Source: Candidatus Wolfebacteria bacterium GW2011_GWA1_44_24 (GTDB lineage Bacteria; Patescibacteriota; Minisyncoccia; UBA6257; UBA9933). From it: a DNA stretch of 64,000 bases. The stretch covers positions 6,426-70,425 of the forward strand of contig LCIO01000001.1 of the NCBI GenBank assembly GCA_001001115.1, written 5' to 3'. Each line of letters starts with the position of its first letter. The stretch's first letter is position 1. The position numbers and the translations under genes are program-made. Below, one piece after another: positions 9,766-17,909 of this stretch. The notes under the pieces are model-generated. The model searched no databases. It was not told the origin of the DNA and saw only the letters and a program-made list of their open reading frames with translations.

Positions 9766-10319
9766 ACGGCTTGAAAATTGTTTTGAACCGGATTCGCTCC
9801 GTCGGCGATTGTTTTGAATTTTTCGTATTCCGGAAGTTCTTCGATTTTTGAGATGCCCAAATGTTTTAACGCGTCAAAACTCAATCGATAAGCATAACTT
9901 CGTTCTTTGGTTTCGGTCGAGCGTTCAATCAATCCCCTCATCAACAAGCTCCGCAGTATAAAGCTGGAATTGACTCCCCTGAAATAATCGAGCTGGACCC
10001 GGGAAATCGGCCCCAAATAAGCGATCAACGAAATCGTTTCCAGCGCCGCGGGCGTTAAATTTTCCCGGAATTCTTCTTTGATGAAATTTTCAAATAAGTG
10101 AGAAAATTCCGGCTTGGTCGCGAGTTGTAGCCGGTTATCGGAAAAAATCAACTTAATCCCCGTTTCTTCCAATAAATAATATTGATTGAGTTTTTCAGCC
10201 GCCTCTTTTACGGTTTTTTCGTCTTGATTCAAAATCTTGGCGATTTTTTTGATTTCCAACGGTTCGCCGTAAGCGAATAAAATTGCCTCCACAGCTGCGG
10301 TTAAATTTTTGTCTCTCAT
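9762..10319 (-). CDS. scpB: segregation and condensation protein B
   Basis: LTAAVEAILFAYGEPLEIKKIAKIL winged-helix N-terminus. Follows scpA with a 4-nt overlap. Confidence 0.88.
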   Translation of the reverse strand: MRDKNLTAAVEAILFAYGEPLEIKKIAKILNQDEKTVKEAAEKLNQYYLLEETGIKLIFSDNRLQLATKPEFSHLFENFIKEEFRENLTPAALETISLIAYLGPISRVQLDYFRGVNSSFILRSLLMRGLIERSTETKERSYAYRLSFDALKHLGISKIEELPEYEKFKTIADGANPVQNNFQAV

Positions 10320-11014
10320 ATTTTTTTTATCATTATATCCTCAAATTTTTCTTCTTGCTCAACTTCAATTATTTGGTCTTTTAACAAATGAAGCAATGCC
10401 AAGAATAAAACTATGATTTCGGTTCGAGATTTTTCTTTAACGAGCTCGCTGAATTGTCCTATCCCTCTTTCTATTTTTTCGATTATTTCTTCAATTTTCT
10501 CTTCCAATTTAATCAAAGACGATTCGATGGTTGTGGATTCCAAAGTTAATTTTTGGAATTCTTTGAATATGCCGCCAAACGCCTGTTCAAGCGATTTAAT
10601 CGTGATATTTTCGGCCGGATAAAAAATCGGCTCTTGGCTGAAAAGCAAGGGGCGGGAAACGGAAAATTCTTTTCGTTCGTAGAATTTTTTAAACAAGCCG
10701 ATTGCCGGTTTGAATTCACCGTAACGCCGGACTCGCTCTTCCAAATCTTTAATATCTTTTTCTTCTTCATCCGTTAATTTCAAATTGGGTAGAAGCGCTT
10801 TTGATTTAAGCAGAATCAATCGCGCCGCCACCACGACGAAATCCGCCAAGAGTCGCGGTTCGGCCTCTTCGATTTCTTTAAGGTAATTCAGAAAATCAGC
10901 CACCACTTCGGAAAGGCTTAAATCGGCAATTTCCATTTTTCTTTCTTCGATGAGTTCCAGAAGTTTCTCAATCGGGCCGGAAAATTTTTCAGTTTTTAAT
11001 TCGTAGTTCTTCAT
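10316..11014 (-). CDS. scpA: segregation and condensation protein A (kleisin)
   Basis: FSGPIEKLLELIEERKMEIADLSLSEVVADFLNYL. Start moved to the internal ATG at 11014, which forms an ATGA overlap with the upstream stop. Confidence 0.85.
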   Translation of the reverse strand: MKNYELKTEKFSGPIEKLLELIEERKMEIADLSLSEVVADFLNYLKEIEEAEPRLLADFVVVAARLILLKSKALLPNLKLTDEEEKDIKDLEERVRRYGEFKPAIGLFKKFYERKEFSVSRPLLFSQEPIFYPAENITIKSLEQAFGGIFKEFQKLTLESTTIESSLIKLEEKIEEIIEKIERGIGQFSELVKEKSRTEIIVLFLALLHLLKDQIIEVEQEEKFEDIMIKKI

Positions 11015-12234
11015 TCTTTTAATAATGCTTCGACGGTGTAGTTGTTTGACGGATTCCAAAGCATCCAGCCGTTTATTAATTCCGGGGTGCTTGACCCTGC
11101 GTCAAAAATAGCTTGAATTTGTTTTCTGACCGCCTGAGCGTCGTAGTCGGCGCCCAAATCAAAATCCTGGAGCCAGGGACGAAGTTTAGATTTAAAATTT
11201 AAGGTTGAACTTGCAAGTTTATTGATTGCCGAATCCATTGAATATTTCACCACTTCATAAGGATAATTCGCCGGGTTTTTGTATCCCAAAAATCCGGCGG
11301 CATAATGAGAAGGATAAACCATCGGGCTGACATAATCAAAATATTGATAAGCGTTTTCAATTATCTGGCCGATGCCCAGATCGTTGTTATTGATGGTTGC
11401 CAGCCCGAAAAAGTCGGCGGAAATTTTCGCGTCCGGCAATTGCTCGCGTAAATATTTGAAAAAATTTTTAATAACTTCGCTTTTCGGAGATTTGCCGTCC
11501 CAATAGGGAAATTCCATATCGCCTAAATTTCCGTCGGAAGCGAAACGAATATAATCAAAGTTTAATTCATCAAATCCCCTATTGGTGGCGTCTTTGGCAA
11601 TGGCGATATTGTAATCCCAAGCCTCTTTTGAAGCAGGGTCGATCCAAGCCAGTTTTTTATGGTCAAGCCAAAGCGTTGACGATGACATCTGACATTTGTC
11701 CGCCGGTTGGCGGATTGACGTCTGACATCTATTTTTTGAATGAATTGCCAGCTCCGGTCTGGCTTTGGCCAAAACCGGGTCCTGGAAAATCGTGATTCTG
11801 GCAATCGCGTAAATTCCCTCATCATGCAACCGTTTAATCAGAAAATTTATTTTTGGAATTTTTATTTCTTTGGCTTTATACTTTTCGGCCTCCGGCAATT
11901 TTATATCATAAGCGATATAGCCGGAGAAATCTTTGATGTCAATTACAACGGCGTTTAATTCCGTTTCTTTGGCTATTTTTAGCAAATAATTGATTTTTTC
12001 TGGATTGCCGGCTGACCAAGAGGTTAAATAAACCGCTTTGATTTCTTTCGGCGGATTCGCCAGCGGTTTTTGCGGTTCAATATCCGCGTTGGCTACTTTT
12101 AATTTTGGAGAATCTGAGGTTGGAAAAATTAGCGTATCGTCGTTAATCATCTCTATGATATTTTCTTGCGGCAAAATAAAAAAAGCGCCTATGCCCAAAA
12201 TCGCCAAAATGAAAAAAGCGAGCAGATAACGCAT
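11011..12234 (-). CDS. secreted/membrane-anchored putative glycoside-hydrolase-like protein (DUF4015-like TIM barrel)
   Basis: N-terminal TM/signal, then KAVYLTSWSAGNPEKINYLLKIAKETELNAVVIDIKD and DELNFDYIRF motifs. The track start at 12261 is TTG. The ATG at 12234 lies 9 nt downstream of a TGcTATAAT box and is preferred. Confidence 0.55.
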   Translation of the reverse strand: MRYLLAFFILAILGIGAFFILPQENIIEMINDDTLIFPTSDSPKLKVANADIEPQKPLANPPKEIKAVYLTSWSAGNPEKINYLLKIAKETELNAVVIDIKDFSGYIAYDIKLPEAEKYKAKEIKIPKINFLIKRLHDEGIYAIARITIFQDPVLAKARPELAIHSKNRCQTSIRQPADKCQMSSSTLWLDHKKLAWIDPASKEAWDYNIAIAKDATNRGFDELNFDYIRFASDGNLGDMEFPYWDGKSPKSEVIKNFFKYLREQLPDAKISADFFGLATINNNDLGIGQIIENAYQYFDYVSPMVYPSHYAAGFLGYKNPANYPYEVVKYSMDSAINKLASSTLNFKSKLRPWLQDFDLGADYDAQAVRKQIQAIFDAGSSTPELINGWMLWNPSNNYTVEALLKE

Positions 12235-12243
12235 ATAAGATTT

Positions 12244-12252
12244 ATTATAGCA
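12244..12252 (-). promoter_or_regulatory. extended -10 promoter element (TGCTATAAT) for the DUF4015-scpAB-dcw operon
   Basis: The reverse complement of 12244-12252 reads TGCTATAAT. It lies 9 nt upstream of ATG 12234 and directly after the terminator of the upstream gene. Confidence 0.5.
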
Positions 12253-12261
12253 AAATTTCAA

Positions 12262-12290
12262 AATAAAAAAGGGCGATGCGATTCGCCCCT
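12262..12290 (-). terminator. rho-independent terminator downstream of the NYN gene
   Basis: Minus strand reads GGGGCGA-atcgca-TCGCCC followed by TTTTTTATTTT. It begins 7 nt after the stop at 12297. Confidence 0.75.
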
Positions 12291-12296
12291 TATTTT

Positions 12297-12770
12297 TTAA
12301 TTTTCTTTCAGCGGAATTTCCTTTAAATCGGAAGATTCCAGAATTTTTTTTAAAGAAGAAGAAACGGATTTTGTCCCGAATAAATGGACGGTTTTTCCGT
12401 GGTTCTTCGCTTCTTTTATTATCTCCGCCATATGTCTGTCATTACTGACAATCACAATGTCGGTGATTTCCTTATATCTCAAGAGCTTCAAGCCGATGCG
12501 GATTATGTGGATATCAACAGTGTCTTCTATTTTATAGGTTTCAACCGTTCTTTTTGGGCAAGCTATAATTTCAAACCCAAGATCGGTTATTTCCGGCAAT
12601 CCGTAAAACATATCGGGATAAATGAAGACAAAGGCGAAATCAATATTTCCGATTTCAAGAAGTTCATCGCGGAATTTTTTGAAATCAAGGATTTTGCCTT
12701 CCATTATCGCTTGTCGGGATATGTTCTCGTAGTCGATTAGAACAACCATTTGTCTGTTTTTTTTTGGCAT
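12297..12770 (-). CDS. NYN-domain (LabA/PIN-like) putative ribonuclease
   Basis: Conserved acidic pattern VVLIDYEN / DTVDIHI / IVSNDRH...GKTVHLFG. SD-like AGGAAGGA upstream of the ATG. Confidence 0.65.
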   Translation of the reverse strand: MPKKNRQMVVLIDYENISRQAIMEGKILDFKKFRDELLEIGNIDFAFVFIYPDMFYGLPEITDLGFEIIACPKRTVETYKIEDTVDIHIIRIGLKLLRYKEITDIVIVSNDRHMAEIIKEAKNHGKTVHLFGTKSVSSSLKKILESSDLKEIPLKEN

Positions 12771-12803
12771 TTATTTCATCCTTCCTGGATTAAAAATAAA
12801 GGC

Positions 12804-12834
12804 GCCAGAGCGCTGATAGAATCAGCGCTCTGGC
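12804..12834 (-). terminator. hairpin terminator downstream of the 335-aa gene
   Basis: 14-bp perfect stem (12804-12817 pairs with 12821-12834). On the minus strand it is followed by TTTATTTTTAAT. Confidence 0.7.
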
Positions 12835-12842
12835 CAAAAACA

Positions 12843-13850
12843 TCACTCGCGGCCGCTTCTATCGTAGAAGTCGCAAGCTGCGCAAAGCATTTTGGCGAAT
12901 TTCCTGGAAAACTCCAGCTTATTGGCCGGCGTTTTGTCTTCTAAGACCTTCCCGGTTTTTCCGGCCGCCAGCGGCACCCAGTTTCCGGTGTAAGAAGAAA
13001 GCCAGTCGAGAGAACCGGCGCCGTCAACCACCCCGACGACAAAAAAGGGTTTGCCGGATTTTTCATTGAGGTTTGCAACCTTAACGATTCCGACCCCTTT
13101 CTGCCACCTTTTCCCCTTTCTGTCTGTCCGTTCCGGGAAATAGATTCTGTATATTCCCGGAATGCCATTTCTCAACGAGAAGAGGTTGGGATTCCCTTTC
13201 TCCAAGAGTTTGGAGATTTTATGGTTATTGCAGCGGTCTATGAATTTTCTTAATTCATAGAAAATCTTTTTGTCGGCCGGCGACACCCCTTCGGGATAAA
13301 ACTCGGAAGGAATATGGATAAGGCAGTATCCATTGAAGACAACCGCCTTGTATCTATTCTCGTGCGTTTCCTTTACGAGTTTACCGCGGCCCGCTTTTTC
13401 CACCTCCAGAATCCATTTTATTACCTTTTCCGGATTCTCGGGGTTCTCAGCCATGATTTCCTTGATAAGCCGGGAAACCTTGTGACTTTCAGCCAGGACA
13501 TCGTCCTTTTTTATCAACTCCTCTATTTTTTTCTGGACAGAGAGAAGTTTTCCGTGTGTTTCGATTAAGCTGGGGACGGTCTGCCAATCCGGCACTTTTT
13601 CTATTTCCCTTATCTTTCTTTCTATGTCCAGTCCTTTGGCGGCCAGTATTTGGGCCGCTTCCTTTCTTTCTTTAGCTTCGATTTCCGAGGCCCTCAATTC
13701 TTCCTCGGTTATTTCCGGGACTTTCAACTCTTCAATCTCTTTAAGATTGAAGGTTGGGAGAGGTTTTTGTTCTTTTTCTTTTTTCTTCACGGCCCGCAAA
13801 AAGGCAGTTCCTATCGCCGTCACTTTGTTCCCCGTCGCTTTGTCTTCCAT
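12843..13850 (-). CDS. hypothetical protein with an E/K-rich coiled-coil-like N-half and an unrecognised C-terminal domain
   Basis: 335-aa ORF, visibly GC-richer than its neighbours. Strong SD (AAAGGAGG, 8 nt before the ATG). Has its own promoter and terminator. No family recognised. Confidence 0.6.
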   Translation of the reverse strand: MEDKATGNKVTAIGTAFLRAVKKKEKEQKPLPTFNLKEIEELKVPEITEEELRASEIEAKERKEAAQILAAKGLDIERKIREIEKVPDWQTVPSLIETHGKLLSVQKKIEELIKKDDVLAESHKVSRLIKEIMAENPENPEKVIKWILEVEKAGRGKLVKETHENRYKAVVFNGYCLIHIPSEFYPEGVSPADKKIFYELRKFIDRCNNHKISKLLEKGNPNLFSLRNGIPGIYRIYFPERTDRKGKRWQKGVGIVKVANLNEKSGKPFFVVGVVDGAGSLDWLSSYTGNWVPLAAGKTGKVLEDKTPANKLEFSRKFAKMLCAACDFYDRSGRE

Positions 13851-13954
13851 TTCAATTTCCTCCTTTTTTGATTAAATTCAAAACATTACATTACGCCCAT
13901 GCCTTTCTTATATCACCTCCTTATTGGATTTTTTAAGAACAATTACTGTTTCTT

Positions 13955-13983
13955 TTGATAGCATATTTATATAATATTGTCAA
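13955..13983 (-). promoter_or_regulatory. sigma70-type promoter for the 335-aa gene
   Basis: Minus strand reads TTGACA (13978-13983), a 17-nt spacer, then TATCAA (13955-13960). It lies ~100 nt upstream of the ATG. Confidence 0.5.
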
Positions 13984-13989
13984 ATTATA

Positions 13990-14019
13990 TTGATAAATAA
14001 AAATATGCTATACTATAAT
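13990..14019 (+). promoter_or_regulatory. sigma70-type promoter for dnaX
   Basis: TTGATA (13990-13995), an 18-nt spacer, then TATAAT (14014-14019). The ATG is 16 nt downstream with no SD. Confidence 0.5.
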
Positions 14020-14035
14020 TAAATATTAACAATCT

Positions 14036-15151
14036 ATGCTTGCTTTGTATCGTAAATACCGGCCCAAAAATTTATCCGATATTCTTGGGCAGGAAATCAT
14101 CGTGGAGATTCTTAGAAATGCCGCTAAAACGGACAAATTGGCCCACGCTTATCTTTTTTACGGGCCAAGAGGTTCGGGTAAAACCACCACGGCCCGTTTG
14201 GTCGCTAAAATCGCCAATTGTGAAAAAAGGCAGAAAGATGAAAAATTCAAGATATCGGGTGAACCCTGCAACGGATGCCGTTCCTGCCGGGAAACCGACG
14301 AAGGCCGGGCGCTTGATGTGATTGAAATCGACGCGGCTTCCAATCGCGGCATTGACGAAATCAGAAACTTGAAAGAAGGCATTCGCGTCTCCCCTGCTTT
14401 GTCCCGATATAAAATTTACATTATTGACGAGGTTCATCAGCTGACCAAAGACGCGTTTAACGCTTTATTGAAAACATTGGAAGAGCCGCCGGCTCACGCG
14501 ATTTTTGTTTTAGCCACCACGGAATACGAAAAAATGCCGGCAACCATCGTTTCCCGCACCCAAAGATTTCATTTCAAAAGATTGCCGCTGGTTAAAATCA
14601 TTGAAAAATTAAAAACCATTTCCGCGGCCGAAAAAATAAAAGCCGACGACGACGCCCTGGAACTTATTGCCGCTTCGGCTGAAGGCAGCTTAAGGGACGC
14701 CGAATCCTTGCTTGACCAGATTTTCGGGCTGGAAGAGAAAATCACTTTGGAAAGCGTGGAAAATATCATCGGCCGGGTGGGATTCAAAAAAACATCTCAA
14801 ATGGCGGAATTATTGTTCAACAACGATCTTCAAAAAGCTTTGAGCCATCTTGCAAAAATCAACGAAGAGGGATATAATTTAGTCCAGTTTAACAAAGATT
14901 TAATTCATTATCTGCGCCGGGTTTTGGCTTTGAAATTTTCTTCCGCTTTGGAATCCGAATTCAAAAAAGAGTTGATTGAAGCGGAGTTGCAAGCCGTTAA
15001 AAAACACAGCCAGATGCTTGGTTCTCCGGCTGATGAGCAAAAAACCGTTAATTTGATAAAATCTTTGATTCGGGCTTATACGGAAATGCGCTACAGCCCG
15101 TTTGTGATTGTGCCGCTGGAAGTGGCGATAATTGAAAATTTGAAAAAGTAA
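14036..15151 (+). CDS. dnaX: DNA polymerase III subunit gamma/tau (short form)
   Basis: HAYLFYGPRGSGKTTTARL Walker A, Zn module CNGCRSC, IIDEVHQLT Walker B, SRTQRF sensor. At 371 aa it lacks a tau C-terminal extension. Confidence 0.9.
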   Translation: MLALYRKYRPKNLSDILGQEIIVEILRNAAKTDKLAHAYLFYGPRGSGKTTTARLVAKIANCEKRQKDEKFKISGEPCNGCRSCRETDEGRALDVIEIDAASNRGIDEIRNLKEGIRVSPALSRYKIYIIDEVHQLTKDAFNALLKTLEEPPAHAIFVLATTEYEKMPATIVSRTQRFHFKRLPLVKIIEKLKTISAAEKIKADDDALELIAASAEGSLRDAESLLDQIFGLEEKITLESVENIIGRVGFKKTSQMAELLFNNDLQKALSHLAKINEEGYNLVQFNKDLIHYLRRVLALKFSSALESEFKKELIEAELQAVKKHSQMLGSPADEQKTVNLIKSLIRAYTEMRYSPFVIVPLEVAIIENLKK

Positions 15152-15186
15152 TAAATAAAAAGGTCGGTGTTTATAATTTTAATTTT

Positions 15187-16389
15187 ATGAATAAATTTTT
15201 TTCGAGTTTAGTTATTATAGCGACGGTGTTCGGATTGTCGTTTGCGGCGATTGAAAAACCGGTTCAGGCAAACGTCAACGGAAGAAAAATAATTGTTTTC
15301 AATCAAGCGTTAAATGAAAAAGAGAAAGATGAATTAATTGCTCGCGCCGGAGGCACAAAATTAAAGAATCTTGATTTAATCGGCGCCAAGGCGGTTTGGC
15401 TGCCAAATCGGGCCGCAACGGAAAAATTAAAAGCCAATTCGAACGTAATCAGAATCGATGACGATGTGCTTGTGGAAACATTGGATATTAAAGAAGAAAT
15501 AAGAGGGGTGAAGAAAATGGGAATAAAACCTCAGCCGCCAGAAACGCTTCCTTGGGGTATTGACCGAGTTGACGCTGAATTGGTTTGGCCAACGATTCGG
15601 GGCGCGGGAATTAAAGTCGGCGTTATTGACACCGGCATTGATTTGAGCCATCCGGATTTGGTATTAAATATCAAAGGCGGTTATAACGCCATTAATCCTC
15701 TGAATTCGCCAAATGATAACAATGGCCATGGAACTCATGTAGCCGGAATTATGGGAGCGGTTGACAATACAATCGGCGTAATCGGCGTCGGGCCTCAAAT
15801 TAATCTTTATGCCATTAAAGTTTTGGGCGCTTCCGGTTCCGGTTATCTTTCTGATGTCATTGAGGGCCTTGACTGGGCGATTGTCAACGGAATGAATGTT
15901 GTTAATATGAGTTTGGGTACTTCGGATGATATTTTATCTTTCCGCGAAGCGGTTCAAAGAGTTAACGCGGCTGGCATTGTTCAGGTAGCGGCTGCCGGAA
16001 ATTCCGGCGGTTCGGTAATTTATCCGGCTGCTTATCCGGAAGTCATCGCGGTTTCTGCCACAAATAATACCAACACGATTGCTTCCTGGTCTTCACGCGG
16101 TCCGGAAGTTGATTTGGCAGCGCCCGGAGTTTCAATTTACTCCACCTATAAGGGGCAAACATATAAAACCTTAAGCGGCACTTCAATGGCCAGCCCTCAT
16201 GTGGCTGGAACAGCCGGTTTGGTGTTGAACACTCCGGTTGGCAGTTATGATTTGGACGCTGACGACATCTGGGACCCGATTGAAGTTCAAAATAAACTTC
16301 AGGATAAAGTCGTTGATTTAGGAAGTCCCGGCTTTGATAGTTTATACGGCTGGGGCTTGGTAAACGCTTTTAACGCGGTTCAGCCGTAA
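15187..16389 (+). CDS. secreted subtilisin-like serine protease (S8) with I9 propeptide
   Basis: Signal peptide. Catalytic triad contexts VGVIDTGID (D), HGTHVAG (H), SGTSMASPHVAG (S). Confidence 0.9.
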   Translation: MNKFFSSLVIIATVFGLSFAAIEKPVQANVNGRKIIVFNQALNEKEKDELIARAGGTKLKNLDLIGAKAVWLPNRAATEKLKANSNVIRIDDDVLVETLDIKEEIRGVKKMGIKPQPPETLPWGIDRVDAELVWPTIRGAGIKVGVIDTGIDLSHPDLVLNIKGGYNAINPLNSPNDNNGHGTHVAGIMGAVDNTIGVIGVGPQINLYAIKVLGASGSGYLSDVIEGLDWAIVNGMNVVNMSLGTSDDILSFREAVQRVNAAGIVQVAAAGNSGGSVIYPAAYPEVIAVSATNNTNTIASWSSRGPEVDLAAPGVSIYSTYKGQTYKTLSGTSMASPHVAGTAGLVLNTPVGSYDLDADDIWDPIEVQNKLQDKVVDLGSPGFDSLYGWGLVNAFNAVQP

Positions 16390-16429
16390 CTTTAGGCGCT
16401 GGAGTTTACGCTAAAGAAAAAGTGAGTTA

Positions 16430-16463
16430 AAATAAATACCGGCATTGTTGTCGGTATTTATTT
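16430..16463 (+). terminator. candidate AT-rich hairpin terminator after the protease gene
   Basis: The 12-bp stem AAATAAATACCG pairs with CGGTATTTATTT around a 10-nt loop, followed by ATG. The stem is weak (mostly A/T). Confidence 0.35.
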
Positions 16464-16479
16464 ATGCGGGATTAAATAT

Positions 16480-16553
16480 TGCCGGGTCGTCTAACGGTAG
16501 GACTCCGCCCTTTGAAGGCGGCTATCGGGGTTCGAATCCCTGCCCGGCAGCCA
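16480..16553 (+). tRNA. tRNA-Gln (anticodon UUG) with genomically encoded CCA
   Basis: Manual cloverleaf: the acceptor TGCCGGG pairs with CCCGGCA (U1-A72, as in bacterial tRNA-Gln). The anticodon stem CCGCC pairs with GGCGG around the loop CTTTGAA. T-loop TTCGAAT, discriminator G, then CCA. Confidence 0.85.
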
Positions 16554-16558
16554 ATTTT

Positions 16559-16888
16559 ATGGATATTACTAAAGAAATATCGTGTCCATCGTGCAAAGCG
16601 GTTCTTCCCGCAAGCGCGTATTTTTGTTTGCAATGCGGAACAAAATTAAAAGAATCTCCGGCTTCAATATCCATAAGCAAGCAGGCGGTTATTTATTTTA
16701 TTAGTTTTTTTCTTGCTCCACTTGGACTTGTCTATGTTTTTAGATATTTGAAACAGTCCGACAATAAAGCCCGGAAAATCGGCATTGTCGCGCTTATATT
16801 AACAATCCTTGGAATTTTTCTCACAATTTGGACAGCAAGGGCATTTATGGATTCTTTTTACGGTTCATTGAATACGCTTACTTTTTAG
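16559..16888 (+). CDS. zinc-ribbon membrane protein
   Basis: CPSC...CLQCG ribbon followed by two TM helices. The track ORF start (16445) runs through the tRNA, so the internal ATG at 16559 is used. Confidence 0.6.
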   Translation: MDITKEISCPSCKAVLPASAYFCLQCGTKLKESPASISISKQAVIYFISFFLAPLGLVYVFRYLKQSDNKARKIGIVALILTILGIFLTIWTARAFMDSFYGSLNTLTF

Positions 16889-16943
16889 GCCGCTTTTAAT
16901 TATTAATTATATATAGTATTATATCGTCTTTAATGCAAATTTT

Positions 16944-17906
16944 ATGTTAATAGACGATATAACAATTAAAATTGGGGCCGGCAACGGCGGCAAGGGCGCG
17001 GTGGCTTTCAATAAAAATATGATGAGCTTGGGACCTGCGGGCGGCAGCGGAGGCAATGGCGGCAATGTTTTTGTTGTCGGCGTTTCCGATATAAGCGCTT
17101 TGAACCAATTCCGCTATAAAAAAGAATGTAAAGCCGAAAACGGCTTTGACGGACGCGGGCAATTTTGTGACGGCAATGACGGAAAAAATTTGATTTTGAA
17201 ACTTCCAATTGGAACCGTAATCCATAATTTAACGAATGAAAGTGAATTTGAAATCGAAAAAATCGGCGAACAAGTGCTTCTCGCCAAAGGAGGCATCGGC
17301 GGCAAAGGCAATTTTCATTTCCGTTCTTCGCGAAATACTTCTCCGACGCAATTCCAGGAAGGACGACCGGGAGAATCATTTGAACTGCGACTTGAATTGA
17401 AACTTATTGCCGATGTTGGTTTTGTCGGCCTTCCGAATGCCGGAAAGTCGAGTATGTTAAACTGCCTCACGAACGCCAAAAGCAAGGTGGCGAATTATCC
17501 TTTTACCACGCTTGAACCGAATCTCGGCGCTTATTACGAGCTTATTTTGGCCGACATTCCCGGACTTATTGAAGGATCGTCCTCCGGCAAGGGTCTTGGT
17601 ATAAAATTTTTACGCCATATCGAACGCACGAAAATTATTTTTCACTTCGTCTCTTCGGAATCCCCCCGTCCGGAAAAAGATTATAAAACTATCCGTAAAG
17701 AACTTGGCGCTTATAAAAAAGAACTTCTCGAAAAACCGGAATATCTGTTTCTTTCAAAAAGCGACCTTACGGATAAAACTGCGCTCAAAGAAAAATTGAA
17801 GGCGTTGAAAAGACTAAATACCAATATAATCGCGACATCAATCAACGACCCGAATAGTATAAAAGAAATTAAAAAAATTCTGAATAAAATCAAAGCCGGA
17901 AAATAA
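16944..17906 (+). CDS. obg: GTPase Obg/CgtA
   Basis: Gly-rich Obg fold (GAGNGGKGAVAF, GGSGGNGGNV), G1 GLPNAGKSS, G3 DIPGLIEG. Confidence 0.9.
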   Translation: MLIDDITIKIGAGNGGKGAVAFNKNMMSLGPAGGSGGNGGNVFVVGVSDISALNQFRYKKECKAENGFDGRGQFCDGNDGKNLILKLPIGTVIHNLTNESEFEIEKIGEQVLLAKGGIGGKGNFHFRSSRNTSPTQFQEGRPGESFELRLELKLIADVGFVGLPNAGKSSMLNCLTNAKSKVANYPFTTLEPNLGAYYELILADIPGLIEGSSSGKGLGIKFLRHIERTKIIFHFVSSESPRPEKDYKTIRKELGAYKKELLEKPEYLFLSKSDLTDKTALKEKLKALKRLNTNIIATSINDPNSIKEIKKILNKIKAGK

Positions 17907-17909
17907 CCG

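Noticed and set aside
13898-13922. Perfect SD-like AAGGAGGTGAT with a 4-codon ORF (MGVM) as an independent small gene
   Set aside because: The ORF is too short, and the 15-nt GGAGG-to-ATG spacing is too long for a protein gene call. I kept it only as a leader feature of the 335-aa gene.
16445-16558. N-terminal 38 codons of the 147-aa track ORF
   Set aside because: This segment is the tRNA-Gln gene read as protein. The real CDS most likely starts at ATG 16559.
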